Shown: positions 10,101-17,706, counted from the first letter of the stretch. The stretch is 34,818 bases of DNA from a virus (IMGVR_UViG_3300042519_001716), one strand, 5' to 3'. Notes: generated from the sequence alone by a model not told the origin. Translations and numbers: made by a program.

Positions 10101-12107
10101 TGATGAAGATCCTCCAACAATTAAATCTTGAGATATATAAAGTGATCCAGTAATTGTTTGATTACCTTGAAATATATTACTACCGGTTGTTGCATAACTT
10201 CCGGTTTTTGCTTCAATAGAATCAACCCTGTTTTTTGTGGTTAATGTGGTTGTTGCAACACTAGAACTCAAACTAACTATAGATGAGCTTAATCCTAATG
10301 TGGTTGTTGCGACACTAGAACTTAAACTTGTTATTGTGCTCGTTAACCCCGATGTTGTTGTTGCGACACTAGAACTTAAATCATTAGTTGTTGTTGCAAT
10401 TGAAGAACTAAATGTACTATAACCAGTTGTACTAGCTATATTAACTTGTACCGAACCAGATAAAACACCATCAGAATTTATTTTGTCTTTTATTGTTGTA
10501 TTAATAGAACTGGTAAATAAATTTAATGAACCGGTGGTTGTTTCAATTGAATCAACTCTATTTTTAATATTGAGAGTTGTTGTTGCAATTGAAGAACTTA
10601 AACTTCCGATTGAACTAGATAATGAGGAACTTAATTCTAACGTGGTTGTTGCAACACTAGAACTCAAACTAACTATAGATGAACTTAACCCTGATGTTGT
10701 TGTTGAAACCGATGAAGATAAATTTCCAATTGAACTAGATAATGAGGAACTTAATCCTAACGTGGTTGTTGCAACCGAGGAACTTAAATTTTCAATTGAA
10801 CTAGATAATGAGGAACTTAATCCTGATGTTGTTGTTGCAACGCTAGAACTTAACGAACCAATACTAGAACCTAATCCACTTGTTGTGGTTGCAAGGCTAG
10901 AACTCAAGAAATCAACACTAGATGATAACCCGCTTGTTGTTGTTGCGACAGAGCCGGATAATGATCCAATACTTGTTGATATACTTGAGCTAAATGTTGA
11001 ATATCCTGTTGTGCCCGTGATTAAAACTTGAACACTTCCCGATATAACCGTTTCTGTGTTAAGTTTATTTTTAATTGTTGTATCAATAGAACTAGTAAAT
11101 GTGTTATATGATGATGTGGAATTTTCAATTGCAAATAACCTACCATCGTTTGATGATGTATATGACTGAAAAGTTGTTTCATCTAATTTACCTGTACCAA
11201 TTGCTTGACCATTTAATGTAATAGAACCAGTTATATTAACTGAGCCGGTAACGTTATGAGATCCACTAATATCGACGGATCCAGTAACAACCAATGATCC
11301 ACTAGTTCTTTGAATATTTGTAAAGTTATTTGATCCTGTTGTGGCAAGTGCTGTTGTATCTACGTTAATCAGACCAATATTAGATTGACCATGTAGAAAA
11401 TCCGAATATACTGTTATAGAATTACCCATCCCAACATGATGGTCACACCAATAATAGAATGTTGCAGCTGTTGCATCGGTAACATCAACCTCAATATAAA
11501 AAGGGTCAGAATTGGTTGTTACTCCAGTAGTATATATTGTTCCTCCATTATGTTCCCCGTCGCTAGTTAACGAGAAAAGTAATGGGTGAGTAGCAATGTT
11601 ATTATAATAAAATCTATATTTGAATCCCTTAATGAAGGATAATCTTGGGGATTTAACTCCGTTTATGTAATATTTCCCACCACCATCTGTTAGGGTCATA
11701 TCAACAATGTTGTTACTACCTAAGTTTACTTTATTAAGTTTTAATGTCCCTGTAATTTCGGTATTTGAGTTAATTTTTAAGCCATTCGCCGAAGAAATGG
11801 ATGCGGTGGCGCTTCCATCCGCAATCCGTGTTAAATTGAGACCTGTAACGCCGCTAGAGGGTATGTTTGTTAGATTACTACCATCTCCACCAAATGAACC
11901 TGTAAACGAACCCGTTGTATAGGATGAGGTAAACGCCCCAAAACTAGATGTTAGTGTGTAGTTTGCTGCGTGTGATGCTGAAACAGCATTTTGCGATGTT
12001 CCCGAAATTGTACCAAATAAGGTTCCTAATACCGTTAAATCGCCTGAAATTTCTCCAGAACCTGATACGGACAGGGAACCCGATATGTGAGGATCAAATA
12101 TATTCAT
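7179..12107 (-). CDS. Large Ser/Thr/Gly-rich tail-fibre/adhesin-like virion protein (1642 aa)
   Basis: SGSLxVSGS/ITGSL motifs, coiled-coil-like SSSVATTT repeats, internal duplications, a cupredoxin-like insert, and a C-terminal TVTHSLG..DVAVFVYD...ITFSS..SGRVVVV module typical of phage fibre ends. Confidence 0.8.
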   Translation of the reverse strand: MNIFDPHISGSLSVSGSGEISGDLTVLGTLFGTISGTSQNAVSASHAANYTLTSSFGAFTSSYTTGSFTGSFGGDGSNLTNIPSSGVTGLNLTRIADGSATASISSANGLKINSNTEITGTLKLNKVNLGSNNIVDMTLTDGGGKYYINGVKSPRLSFIKGFKYRFYYNNIATHPLLFSLTSDGEHNGGTIYTTGVTTNSDPFYIEVDVTDATAATFYYWCDHHVGMGNSITVYSDFLHGQSNIGLINVDTTALATTGSNNFTNIQRTSGSLVVTGSVDISGSHNVTGSVNITGSITLNGQAIGTGKLDETTFQSYTSSNDGRLFAIENSTSSYNTFTSSIDTTIKNKLNTETVISGSVQVLITGTTGYSTFSSSISTSIGSLSGSVATTTSGLSSSVDFLSSSLATTTSGLGSSIGSLSSSVATTTSGLSSSLSSSIENLSSSVATTTLGLSSSLSSSIGNLSSSVSTTTSGLSSSIVSLSSSVATTTLELSSSLSSSIGSLSSSIATTTLNIKNRVDSIETTTGSLNLFTSSINTTIKDKINSDGVLSGSVQVNIASTTGYSTFSSSIATTTNDLSSSVATTTSGLTSTITSLSSSVATTTLGLSSSIVSLSSSVATTTLTTKNRVDSIEAKTGSYATTGSNIFQGNQTITGSLYISQDLIVGGSSSIQNISSSVLNIADNIITVNALNPSVRFGGLAVIDSGSSPQVSGSMLFDSVNNQWLFVHQDQASVTSSVLLMGPETYNNLGGEPYLTLNRIPKGTGIEHLNDSNITDNGTKVSINSNTEVTGTLKVTEVISSPTITAIETSTGSLNTFTSSLLTAIELTGSNLTVRGDFLVKGTTTNVNTSTLDVDNNLINLNGSGATFAGLRVKDTTAPSQISGSLLWDSTNDYWVAGQLGSEQRLVRETEFNNAVTRIGNVETSTGSLNSFTSSINTTIKNKLNSDGVISGSVQVNHNATTNYVANQHIDHTTVSITAGSGLTGGGDISATRTINVGAGNGITVNADDIAIDTSSATFTTGVKSKLNADGVISGSSQIDGSQLGSNKTITIGSTSTTLGGTSTSLAGLTSVTSTAFTGSLQGLATSETLSTVTSRGATTSTALIINNSTGGLNLNRPATSNYVGLYYQTAGSSKWFIGLRENLTSNNYICYSETLAADVLTLNQTTGVATFGYNMTAANFSGTHSGASSGTNTGDETLARVNALAITTVGTINSGVWNGSSISTTYTDAKVTSVSAGTGISVNTTTGAVTVTNSGVTSLTGTTNQVTVSANTGGVTLSLPQSIATTSTPTFAGVTSTYLRSGTATSNLVKFSSGAGSVTFGNSFGGNATDTSRTVYFRGTSTASVWWGAPDANGDNVPHGAIDSLSTGGLTHWYNSAGTGGGTWTKIMTVDSAGVTMNSGNFVGTLTGNATNITASSNTSLTSLSNLATVGTITSGTWNGSSISTTYTAAKVTAVNAGTGVGVDTTTGSVTVSIGQSVATSAVPTFKAAIFTSDTDSRVLKLRELASTSGNIIQFQDSAGNNKWEIVGRSNTDATPFYIYKNDGTNTGYIFSISGGGIPNFHTALTIGGSTAKSYSNSSYSTTFSSVSSVTVTHSLGTKDVAVFVYDSSDNMFWPSSIVTTSTSVVTITFSSSRSGRVVVVR
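10240..10960 (-). repeat. Coding tandem repeats (SSSVATTTxGL / SSSLSSSIGxL units)
   Basis: Exact 41-nt duplication at 10246-10286 and 10642-10682; three near-identical ~47-nt copies starting near 10609, 10729 and 10795 (spacings 120 and 66 nt, multiples of 3). Confidence 0.85.
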
Positions 12108-12183
12108 CTAAATGTGTATTATACATAGATAAATAGTTTGTCCTTTGATTATGGTAATTAAAATATTGGTTTTATAATAGGTT

Positions 12184-12747
12184 TTAAATTAAAGACCTAG
12201 GTTTGTCAATATTAATTCTATATTTCTGGCCATATGGGAACCCAACGTTCTTAACACCATCAATATTAAGGTAATCCACAACCCTTTGAAACCCATTATT
12301 ATAATATAATTCTTCGTATGATATTGTGAAATAATTTTTATTAATATAATTTTCTTTAATACCTTCTTTTATGTCATAAAGATAATCTAACCCTACGGTT
12401 TGTTTTTTTTTCGACTTTTCTTCATAAACCCATGGCCTGTCCCAGTTATTTGTTGCAACAGCGTTTTCCCAGGAGAGTGATTGTTCATCTTCATTTTCTC
12501 TATAAAGAATAATGATTTTGTCTGATATATCTAATAAATCGGTATAATTTATTTCTTTTGAATAAATTTCCTTTATTAATAGATGTTCAGTTGTAAATTC
12601 CCAGTTTTGGGGTGGTATTTTGTTTTTATACCATTCTGACTTAATATTATACGGTTCATATAATACTGTGAAGTCCTTTCTTATGAAAAACCAATTGGCC
12701 AAATTTGTAGATCCACTTCTAGGTTCACATAGTATTGTAATAATCAT
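12184..12747 (-). CDS. Sulfotransferase-like protein (P-loop PAPS-binding fold, Stf0-like)
   Basis: ILCEPRSGSTNL 5'-PSB loop, EPY motif, ILYREN, ISYEELY; ends RSLI. Confidence 0.7.
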   Translation of the reverse strand: MIITILCEPRSGSTNLANWFFIRKDFTVLYEPYNIKSEWYKNKIPPQNWEFTTEHLLIKEIYSKEINYTDLLDISDKIIILYRENEDEQSLSWENAVATNNWDRPWVYEEKSKKKQTVGLDYLYDIKEGIKENYINKNYFTISYEELYYNNGFQRVVDYLNIDGVKNVGFPYGQKYRINIDKPRSLI

Positions 12748-12748
12748 T

Positions 12749-13156
12749 TTATATTAATTTATATTCATGTATATGGTTCTTCCCATAATTACTAAACAAC
12801 TCCTCATTTAATGAAATATCGGCCAACGCTTTAAATGTGAAACAATCAACCGTTCCGTTTTCAAAATTTGTATTAATATAATGATTTGTACAACCATATA
12901 CACACCCATTTGTAAGTTTAACTTTATACGGGTGGCCACGCATTGCTCTTATAAAATCTTGTAATTCCTCTGAAAAGGTATCAAACTCAGCTTTAGAAAT
13001 TTCATATATGCCCGTTTTTCCTTGCCAAAATTCAAAAACGGTTTCACCCTTTTTAATATCTCTAATTGCAAAAACACCAACACCATGTACCCCACTTGGT
13101 TTAATTCTAGTCATTACACAATTTTTTAAAAAATCATATGGTGTTATATAATTCAC
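12749..13156 (-). CDS. SET-domain protein (putative lysine methyltransferase)
   Basis: IKPSGVHGVGVFAIRDIKKGE and ALADISLNEELFSNYG match SET N- and C-terminal motifs; the NHS motif is diverged (NHYINTN); GTG start; ends YKLI. Confidence 0.75.
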   Translation of the reverse strand: MNYITPYDFLKNCVMTRIKPSGVHGVGVFAIRDIKKGETVFEFWQGKTGIYEISKAEFDTFSEELQDFIRAMRGHPYKVKLTNGCVYGCTNHYINTNFENGTVDCFTFKALADISLNEELFSNYGKNHIHEYKLI

Positions 13157-13161
13157 AATAA

Positions 13162-13659
13162 TTAAATTAGTTTTTTATTAAATTCACTTTTATTCCCTTT
13201 TCGTAATCTTTTATCACTATTGACATCATATATGTCTTCATAATAAGTAATTGGAGTGTTAAGTTTATATGATAATTCATTCAAATCCTTATTCCATTTT
13301 ATTACATCATTATAACATAAATCAAATAACTTAGGTGGAACCTCTTCGTAATAATATTGATGATTTGAATTGTAATTTTTATTTTTTGAGAAGTAGGTTT
13401 GATATGCGTGGGATTCTACACATTGTAATATGTTTTTTCTAGATAATAATATTACCTCATCGAATTCTTTACTTAATTCAAAATTATTTGAGTGATGACA
13501 TATGATCGTTTTAAGAACAATATTTTTTTCACCATTATATTTAAATCTACCGCTATTATCGAACGGTTCAAATATAGGAGTAAAGCCCTTTTCTTTTGCT
13601 AATTTATATAATAATGAAGTTGAGCCGGTTCTAGGTAATGCAACGATTAATATACTCAT
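13162..13659 (-). CDS. Sulfotransferase-like protein
   Basis: IVALPRTGSTSL, FEPF, LLSRKN, ITYYEDIY; paralog of 12184-12747; ends KKLI. Confidence 0.7.
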   Translation of the reverse strand: MSILIVALPRTGSTSLLYKLAKEKGFTPIFEPFDNSGRFKYNGEKNIVLKTIICHHSNNFELSKEFDEVILLSRKNILQCVESHAYQTYFSKNKNYNSNHQYYYEEVPPKLFDLCYNDVIKWNKDLNELSYKLNTPITYYEDIYDVNSDKRLRKGNKSEFNKKLI

Positions 13660-14225
13660 ATCAATGTTTTTTCAACTTTACGTTTTGGCCGGTCAGAATT
13701 GATGTTATCCATCCAAACATTTAACGCATATCGCGTACCATTTGTGACTGGTAGAACTCCATGATATGTTTTAAATCCATTAAAAGAAATCATATCGCCA
13801 ATTTTTAAATCATAAGTTGTAATGCCATCCATTTTATTAAAATGAATATCTGGAGTGTTACTATCACTTAATGCGAATTGACCACCTTCAAACCCATTTG
13901 ATAACACAATTACTGATGTTAACTCACTATCCGCATCTTTATGTAAATTTAGATACCTACCATTGTAATAAGATGTTAAACTAATGAGAAAATTCTTTAG
14001 ATTAAAATTATCAAAATCAAACCATAAATTAAAATTTCCAGTTTTATAATTATTCATTAATGAAGTAATTATTTGTTCCTTAAACCCCTCATCATGTATG
14101 CGTCTACAATCCCATAATTCATTTGGGCGATATGAAAAAGGCTTACCGTGTTGAATACAAAAATTAATTATATCAGCACATTCGGTTTCTGTAAAAACAT
14201 TATTATTTATTGAATAATTTATCAT
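13656..14225 (-). CDS. 2OG-Fe(II) oxygenase (prolyl-hydroxylase-like)
   Basis: LHKD (HxD), FEGGQF, YHGVLPVTNGTRYALNVW. Start shortened to MINYS (14225). Ends KTLI. Confidence 0.85.
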   Translation of the reverse strand: MINYSINNNVFTETECADIINFCIQHGKPFSYRPNELWDCRRIHDEGFKEQIITSLMNNYKTGNFNLWFDFDNFNLKNFLISLTSYYNGRYLNLHKDADSELTSVIVLSNGFEGGQFALSDSNTPDIHFNKMDGITTYDLKIGDMISFNGFKTYHGVLPVTNGTRYALNVWMDNINSDRPKRKVEKTLI

Positions 14226-14260
14226 ATATAAATAAATGAACAAACATTCATCTTTTTAAA

Positions 14261-14407
14261 TTATGATAAGTGTTTGTCTTTTATAGCAGTAACAACAGCT
14301 TGGAATGCAGTTGATATTTTTGTCTTTATGTCAGCTGGTAATGAACTAATTATTGGTTTAATAACTGTTGCGGGTCTTTCTTGTCTAATTTTAGGGGTCT
14401 TTGCCAT
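14261..14407 (-). CDS. Unannotated 48-aa basic peptide MAKTPKIRQERPATVIKPIISSLPADIKTKISTAFQAVVTAIKDKHLS
   Basis: Manual translation. ATG 35 nt after the Hint-gene stop, behind an A/T-rich leader; fills the gap to the next gene; falls below the ORF-track length cutoff. Confidence 0.7.
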   Translation of the reverse strand: MAKTPKIRQERPATVIKPIISSLPADIKTKISTAFQAVVTAIKDKHLS

Positions 14408-14442
14408 GATATATTTTTATTTTATATTTTTTATTAAAATTA

Positions 14443-15942
14443 TTAAGGAACAAATTTTTGTTGTCCGCCACCACCCCATGCACAAGTTGGGCAATAATAT
14501 GAATAACAATAATTACCACAATAAGACCAACTACACCAACAACCGTTGTGCATTACACTAAAATCTCCATCCCCAATATCAACTAAGAATAAGTCAGATG
14601 GCGCAAAATCAAGTGTATAAATTGTTTTAGTTTCATATATCATTTCTAAACCACTAATTAGAACCGTTGTTAATTCATTAGTGTTTGAATCGGTTATTAC
14701 CAATTTATCTCCAACATATAAACTATTTACCTTTTCAAATCTGGTTGCTGTTGAATCTTTTTCTTCAATATAATATACACACGCGGGGGTGTCTGACCAA
14801 CTTCTACCATCTTCTAATGTTATTTGTATCATTACCGTTTCTACTTGTGTTGACACCATGTTCTGTAAACCAGACGATACCTGTGTTAATGTGTCGTTTG
14901 ATTGTTGAAGTGTACTATCCCAACCATATGTATTAATTTCTGGTGTAAAAGATGCCGCTTCGTTTTCATTTGAATCTACAAAATTAATAGATCGGACATA
15001 GTCACCTAATTGTATTGTGCTAACATTTGTTAATGTACCATCATAATTCAAAATGTTTGATTCGTCATCTGTGTGATAATCATTTCCCGATCCTTTACCC
15101 ACCTCTTTAGTGATATATTTGTATCTACTTTTTTGGTTTAATTTTTTTGTACCGGAAACGAATTCGGTAGCAGCAAACGAAACTGGGATTACCGCAGATT
15201 GTGTGTACCCACCCATATTAATAATGTCCAAATTCGAACCGTATATAATATCAATTCCTCTTATAATTGAATACTTACCATCTACCAAGTTATCTTCTGA
15301 AAATATAAATTCTTGAACTAAGAAATTATTTTCAGCAGAATTTATTGTGTCAACTAATTCGGTATTATTTGAAACCGCGTATAGCGCTGGATATTTCATT
15401 TTATCATATTGTGGATAACGATATTTTATCAACACATTTGGATTTGTAGTATCACTATAGTCAACATCATCCAAAGTATTTACATTTAACGTATCCGAGA
15501 TACAATGTGTTTTGGGAATATGTTGTGAATCTTTCATTAAATTAAAAAATTCAAACTTATCGGCGCAGTATGTTTCGTCTACTAATGCTGTGGTATCAAA
15601 AGCCTGTCTTAAAATAAATTTATTATTGGCGTCTTCAATAAATGGTACCGTTACTGAATTCATCGGTACTATATGGTCAGTATATGATATGTTATTTTCT
15701 GCACATTTTATTTGTAATATTTGTCTAAATCTATGTGTTTGATTTATAGGGCTATACGCGACGCCTTCTGTCCATATATAATGAAATTCAGTAATATTAT
15801 TACTATTTAATACATCAAATAATGCATCATAATCTAATAAATCCGCTCCATCATTATATATTGTGGTGTTTGTGTTTATCTCCAAAAATTTAACATTATC
15901 ATCTTTTTGTAAAAAATCACTACCAATTATTGTTGCTTTCAT
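14443..15942 (-). CDS. Fusion: circularly permuted ATP-grasp-like domain + Hint (intein-like) domain + 33-aa Cys/Trp/Tyr-rich C-terminal peptide
   Basis: ATP-grasp-like motifs IIGSDFL..KFLEINTN, DKFEFF..IPKT, VLIK, FLVQEFI, IIRG. Hint block A-like SNILNYDGTLTNVSTIQLGDYVRS and block F/G-like IYTLDF..DLFLV..GDFSVMHN. Tail GCWCSWSYCGNYCYSYYCPTCAWGGGGQQKFVP. Confidence 0.7.
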   Translation of the reverse strand: MKATIIGSDFLQKDDNVKFLEINTNTTIYNDGADLLDYDALFDVLNSNNITEFHYIWTEGVAYSPINQTHRFRQILQIKCAENNISYTDHIVPMNSVTVPFIEDANNKFILRQAFDTTALVDETYCADKFEFFNLMKDSQHIPKTHCISDTLNVNTLDDVDYSDTTNPNVLIKYRYPQYDKMKYPALYAVSNNTELVDTINSAENNFLVQEFIFSEDNLVDGKYSIIRGIDIIYGSNLDIINMGGYTQSAVIPVSFAATEFVSGTKKLNQKSRYKYITKEVGKGSGNDYHTDDESNILNYDGTLTNVSTIQLGDYVRSINFVDSNENEAASFTPEINTYGWDSTLQQSNDTLTQVSSGLQNMVSTQVETVMIQITLEDGRSWSDTPACVYYIEEKDSTATRFEKVNSLYVGDKLVITDSNTNELTTVLISGLEMIYETKTIYTLDFAPSDLFLVDIGDGDFSVMHNGCWCSWSYCGNYCYSYYCPTCAWGGGGQQKFVP

Positions 15943-15975
15943 AAAATTTTATTTCTCATTTTCATTTATTGTGTC

Positions 15976-15995
15976 TTAGTTATAAATATAACTAA
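15976..15995. promoter_or_regulatory. Perfect 9-bp inverted repeat TTAGTTATA-AA-TATAACTAA overlapping the TATATTTATA motif
   Basis: Read directly from sequence; lies 33 nt upstream of the ATP-grasp-Hint start, in the largest intergenic gap of the window. Confidence 0.5.
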
Positions 15996-16039
15996 CCACC
16001 ATTTTAAACTAAGTATATAGATATATAGATATATATCGT

Positions 16040-16342
16040 CTAAATTAAAGTGTTCTCACTTTTATCTTCAAGTGGTTTTAAATAGCCTGAATCAATTTCG
16101 CCCCAAAATTTTTCTGGGCACGCATTATAATCTGTTGAAAAAACTTTCTTATTTAGGGGACATCCACATTTATTACAAAAAACACTCCATTTTAACCCTT
16201 TTATCATTTCTTTTCTATGGTCACAGCCTAAACAAAAATCCAGTCTTAGTTTAGCCAATTCTTCTTGTCTGATAGTTGGATTTAAGGAAATCTTCCAAGC
16301 CTCAAATATTTTTTTATAATCAATCTTAGGGGTATTAATCAT
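16040..16342 (-). CDS. Small Cys-rich metal-binding protein (CxxC...CxxCGC...CP..W)
   Basis: CLGC, CNKCGC and CPEKFW motifs; ends NTLI. Confidence 0.65.
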   Translation of the reverse strand: MINTPKIDYKKIFEAWKISLNPTIRQEELAKLRLDFCLGCDHRKEMIKGLKWSVFCNKCGCPLNKKVFSTDYNACPEKFWGEIDSGYLKPLEDKSENTLI

Positions 16343-17067
16343 ATTAATGTTTTATTATTTTTTTGGATATCGTAATAATCATAAATATCGTTATATCTCC
16401 GTATGAAATCGTCATTCAATTTTAAATTACAATCAAAATGTTGACTCCCATTTGATTTTTCCATTTTAAATGGTTTACCAGTTTTATTAGACACCCATTC
16501 TTCCAATTCTTCAAAATTTCCAAATTCGAACCATTTTATTTTTTGATTATTGTTGTGCCAATGTGATATAGGTCTAAATAAAATTAATAACATATTTTTC
16601 ATATAATCATTAAAATATTTTTCAATTTTGTTTTTTTTTGCAAATTCAAACATTAATAATTCTTGAGATTTTATGGAAATTAAATCTAAATCTTTAAAAA
16701 ATAATATGTCCTCTAAACTTAATTTTTTTAATATGTTAGTTAATTCCTTTGGGTATAACATATAAGTTAAATCAATTATATGTTTCCATAATGAAATAAA
16801 TCTTTCATGTTTATTTCGTCTAATTGAAATTATATCATATTCATCACCAAATTTCATAGTTAAATCAACTAGTCTTTCGTGACTATGAACAATATTGTCG
16901 GCCAAATCTTCATTGGTTAGAGATAAATCTATTTTATCTTGGTAACTATCTATTAATAGTTGGTCAAAGTGTTTTATTATAAATCCACTTCGTATGCAGG
17001 ACATATAAAAAGATGTTGATGCGCATCTTGGTAATGATATAAATAAAAATTTATTTTCCACTAACAT
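16339..17067 (-). CDS. Sulfotransferase family 2-like protein
   Basis: FLFISLPRCASTSF, SIRRNKHERFISLW, FEFGNFEEL; ends KTLI. Confidence 0.7.
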   Translation of the reverse strand: MLVENKFLFISLPRCASTSFYMSCIRSGFIIKHFDQLLIDSYQDKIDLSLTNEDLADNIVHSHERLVDLTMKFGDEYDIISIRRNKHERFISLWKHIIDLTYMLYPKELTNILKKLSLEDILFFKDLDLISIKSQELLMFEFAKKNKIEKYFNDYMKNMLLILFRPISHWHNNNQKIKWFEFGNFEELEEWVSNKTGKPFKMEKSNGSQHFDCNLKLNDDFIRRYNDIYDYYDIQKNNKTLI

Positions 17068-17705
17068 TATATTAACGATTTTTGATTTTTAATATAATCA
17101 AACCCCACATTACCGGCCATAACAATTCTGTCCAGTGTTGAATTCGGTGCAGTATTTGGTGAGTGTGGAACATCGGCTTCCATTATGATTAAATCATCTT
17201 CTTCTGGTCTGATCCAATACTCCTTATCATCTTTACCTAAAAAATACAATACACCATCCTCATCATTCATTACGTCTGGCATTTGAATATAATAAACATA
17301 GGTATAATGTGGGGTGAAGAGTTTATTTGATTTATTTATTTCAGTATGTATATGGTGTTTTTTATCTCCATAAAAATTCCCTTGTACCGGATTTTTTGAA
17401 CGAACAACATTAACCCACGCATCCGTATTAATTTTATTATAATTTATGTTTTTTTCATTATAGATTTCTTTACACTTATCAACACCAACCTGAACTATTT
17501 CGTCTAATTTTGTTTCTATTTTAAAATTACCAATAAAATTTAAATTTTCGTTCCATTCTTTTTTATAACCAAACCCATCTGTTTTAACATCAGGTAAAGA
17601 TTCAATAACAGAATATGCTTCTTCTAAAAATAATGGTTTATCTTCTGTGCGATTTAGTTTTGTTTTCCATATATAAGTGGCTTCATCAAAATATATTTTT
17701 TCCAT
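17067..17705 (-). CDS. Putative 2OG-Fe(II) oxygenase (HxH-type cupin fold)
   Basis: AWVNV..HHIH..YTYVYYI..GVLYF..PEEDDLIIM..HSP..RIVMAGNV pattern; ends KSLI. Confidence 0.6.
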   Translation of the reverse strand: MEKIYFDEATYIWKTKLNRTEDKPLFLEEAYSVIESLPDVKTDGFGYKKEWNENLNFIGNFKIETKLDEIVQVGVDKCKEIYNEKNINYNKINTDAWVNVVRSKNPVQGNFYGDKKHHIHTEINKSNKLFTPHYTYVYYIQMPDVMNDEDGVLYFLGKDDKEYWIRPEEDDLIIMEADVPHSPNTAPNSTLDRIVMAGNVGFDYIKNQKSLI

Positions 17706-17706
17706 A

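Noticed and set aside
10240-10960. CRISPR array
   Set aside because: The repeats are in-frame coding units with degenerate copies and no unique spacers, and no cas genes are present.
7573-11031. Long + strand ORFs (7573-7995, 10483-11031 and others) with VVVATLELK repeats
   Set aside because: They are antisense shadows of the Ser/Thr-rich fibre; the repetitive codon content avoids stops on the opposite strand.
14236-14251. Small hairpins in intergenic gaps (also 12115-12125) as terminators
   Set aside because: The stems are 5 bp and AT-rich, too weak to call.
14446-14544. Classical graspetide core peptide
   Set aside because: It has no Asp/Glu acceptor residues for omega-ester or omega-amide formation.
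14274-14561. + strand 95-aa hydrophobic ORF
   Set aside because: It is the shadow of the 48-aa ORF and the Hint-gene tail on the minus strand, which matches the orientation of all other genes.
14545-15078. Canonical self-splicing intein
   Set aside because: There is no N-terminal Cys/Ser, no block B His, a Gly at +1 and no endonuclease domain; at most C-terminal cleavage is plausible.
16013-16037. (ATATATAG)n microsatellite
   Set aside because: Only about three short AT-rich units, expected by chance in this composition; no function can be supported.
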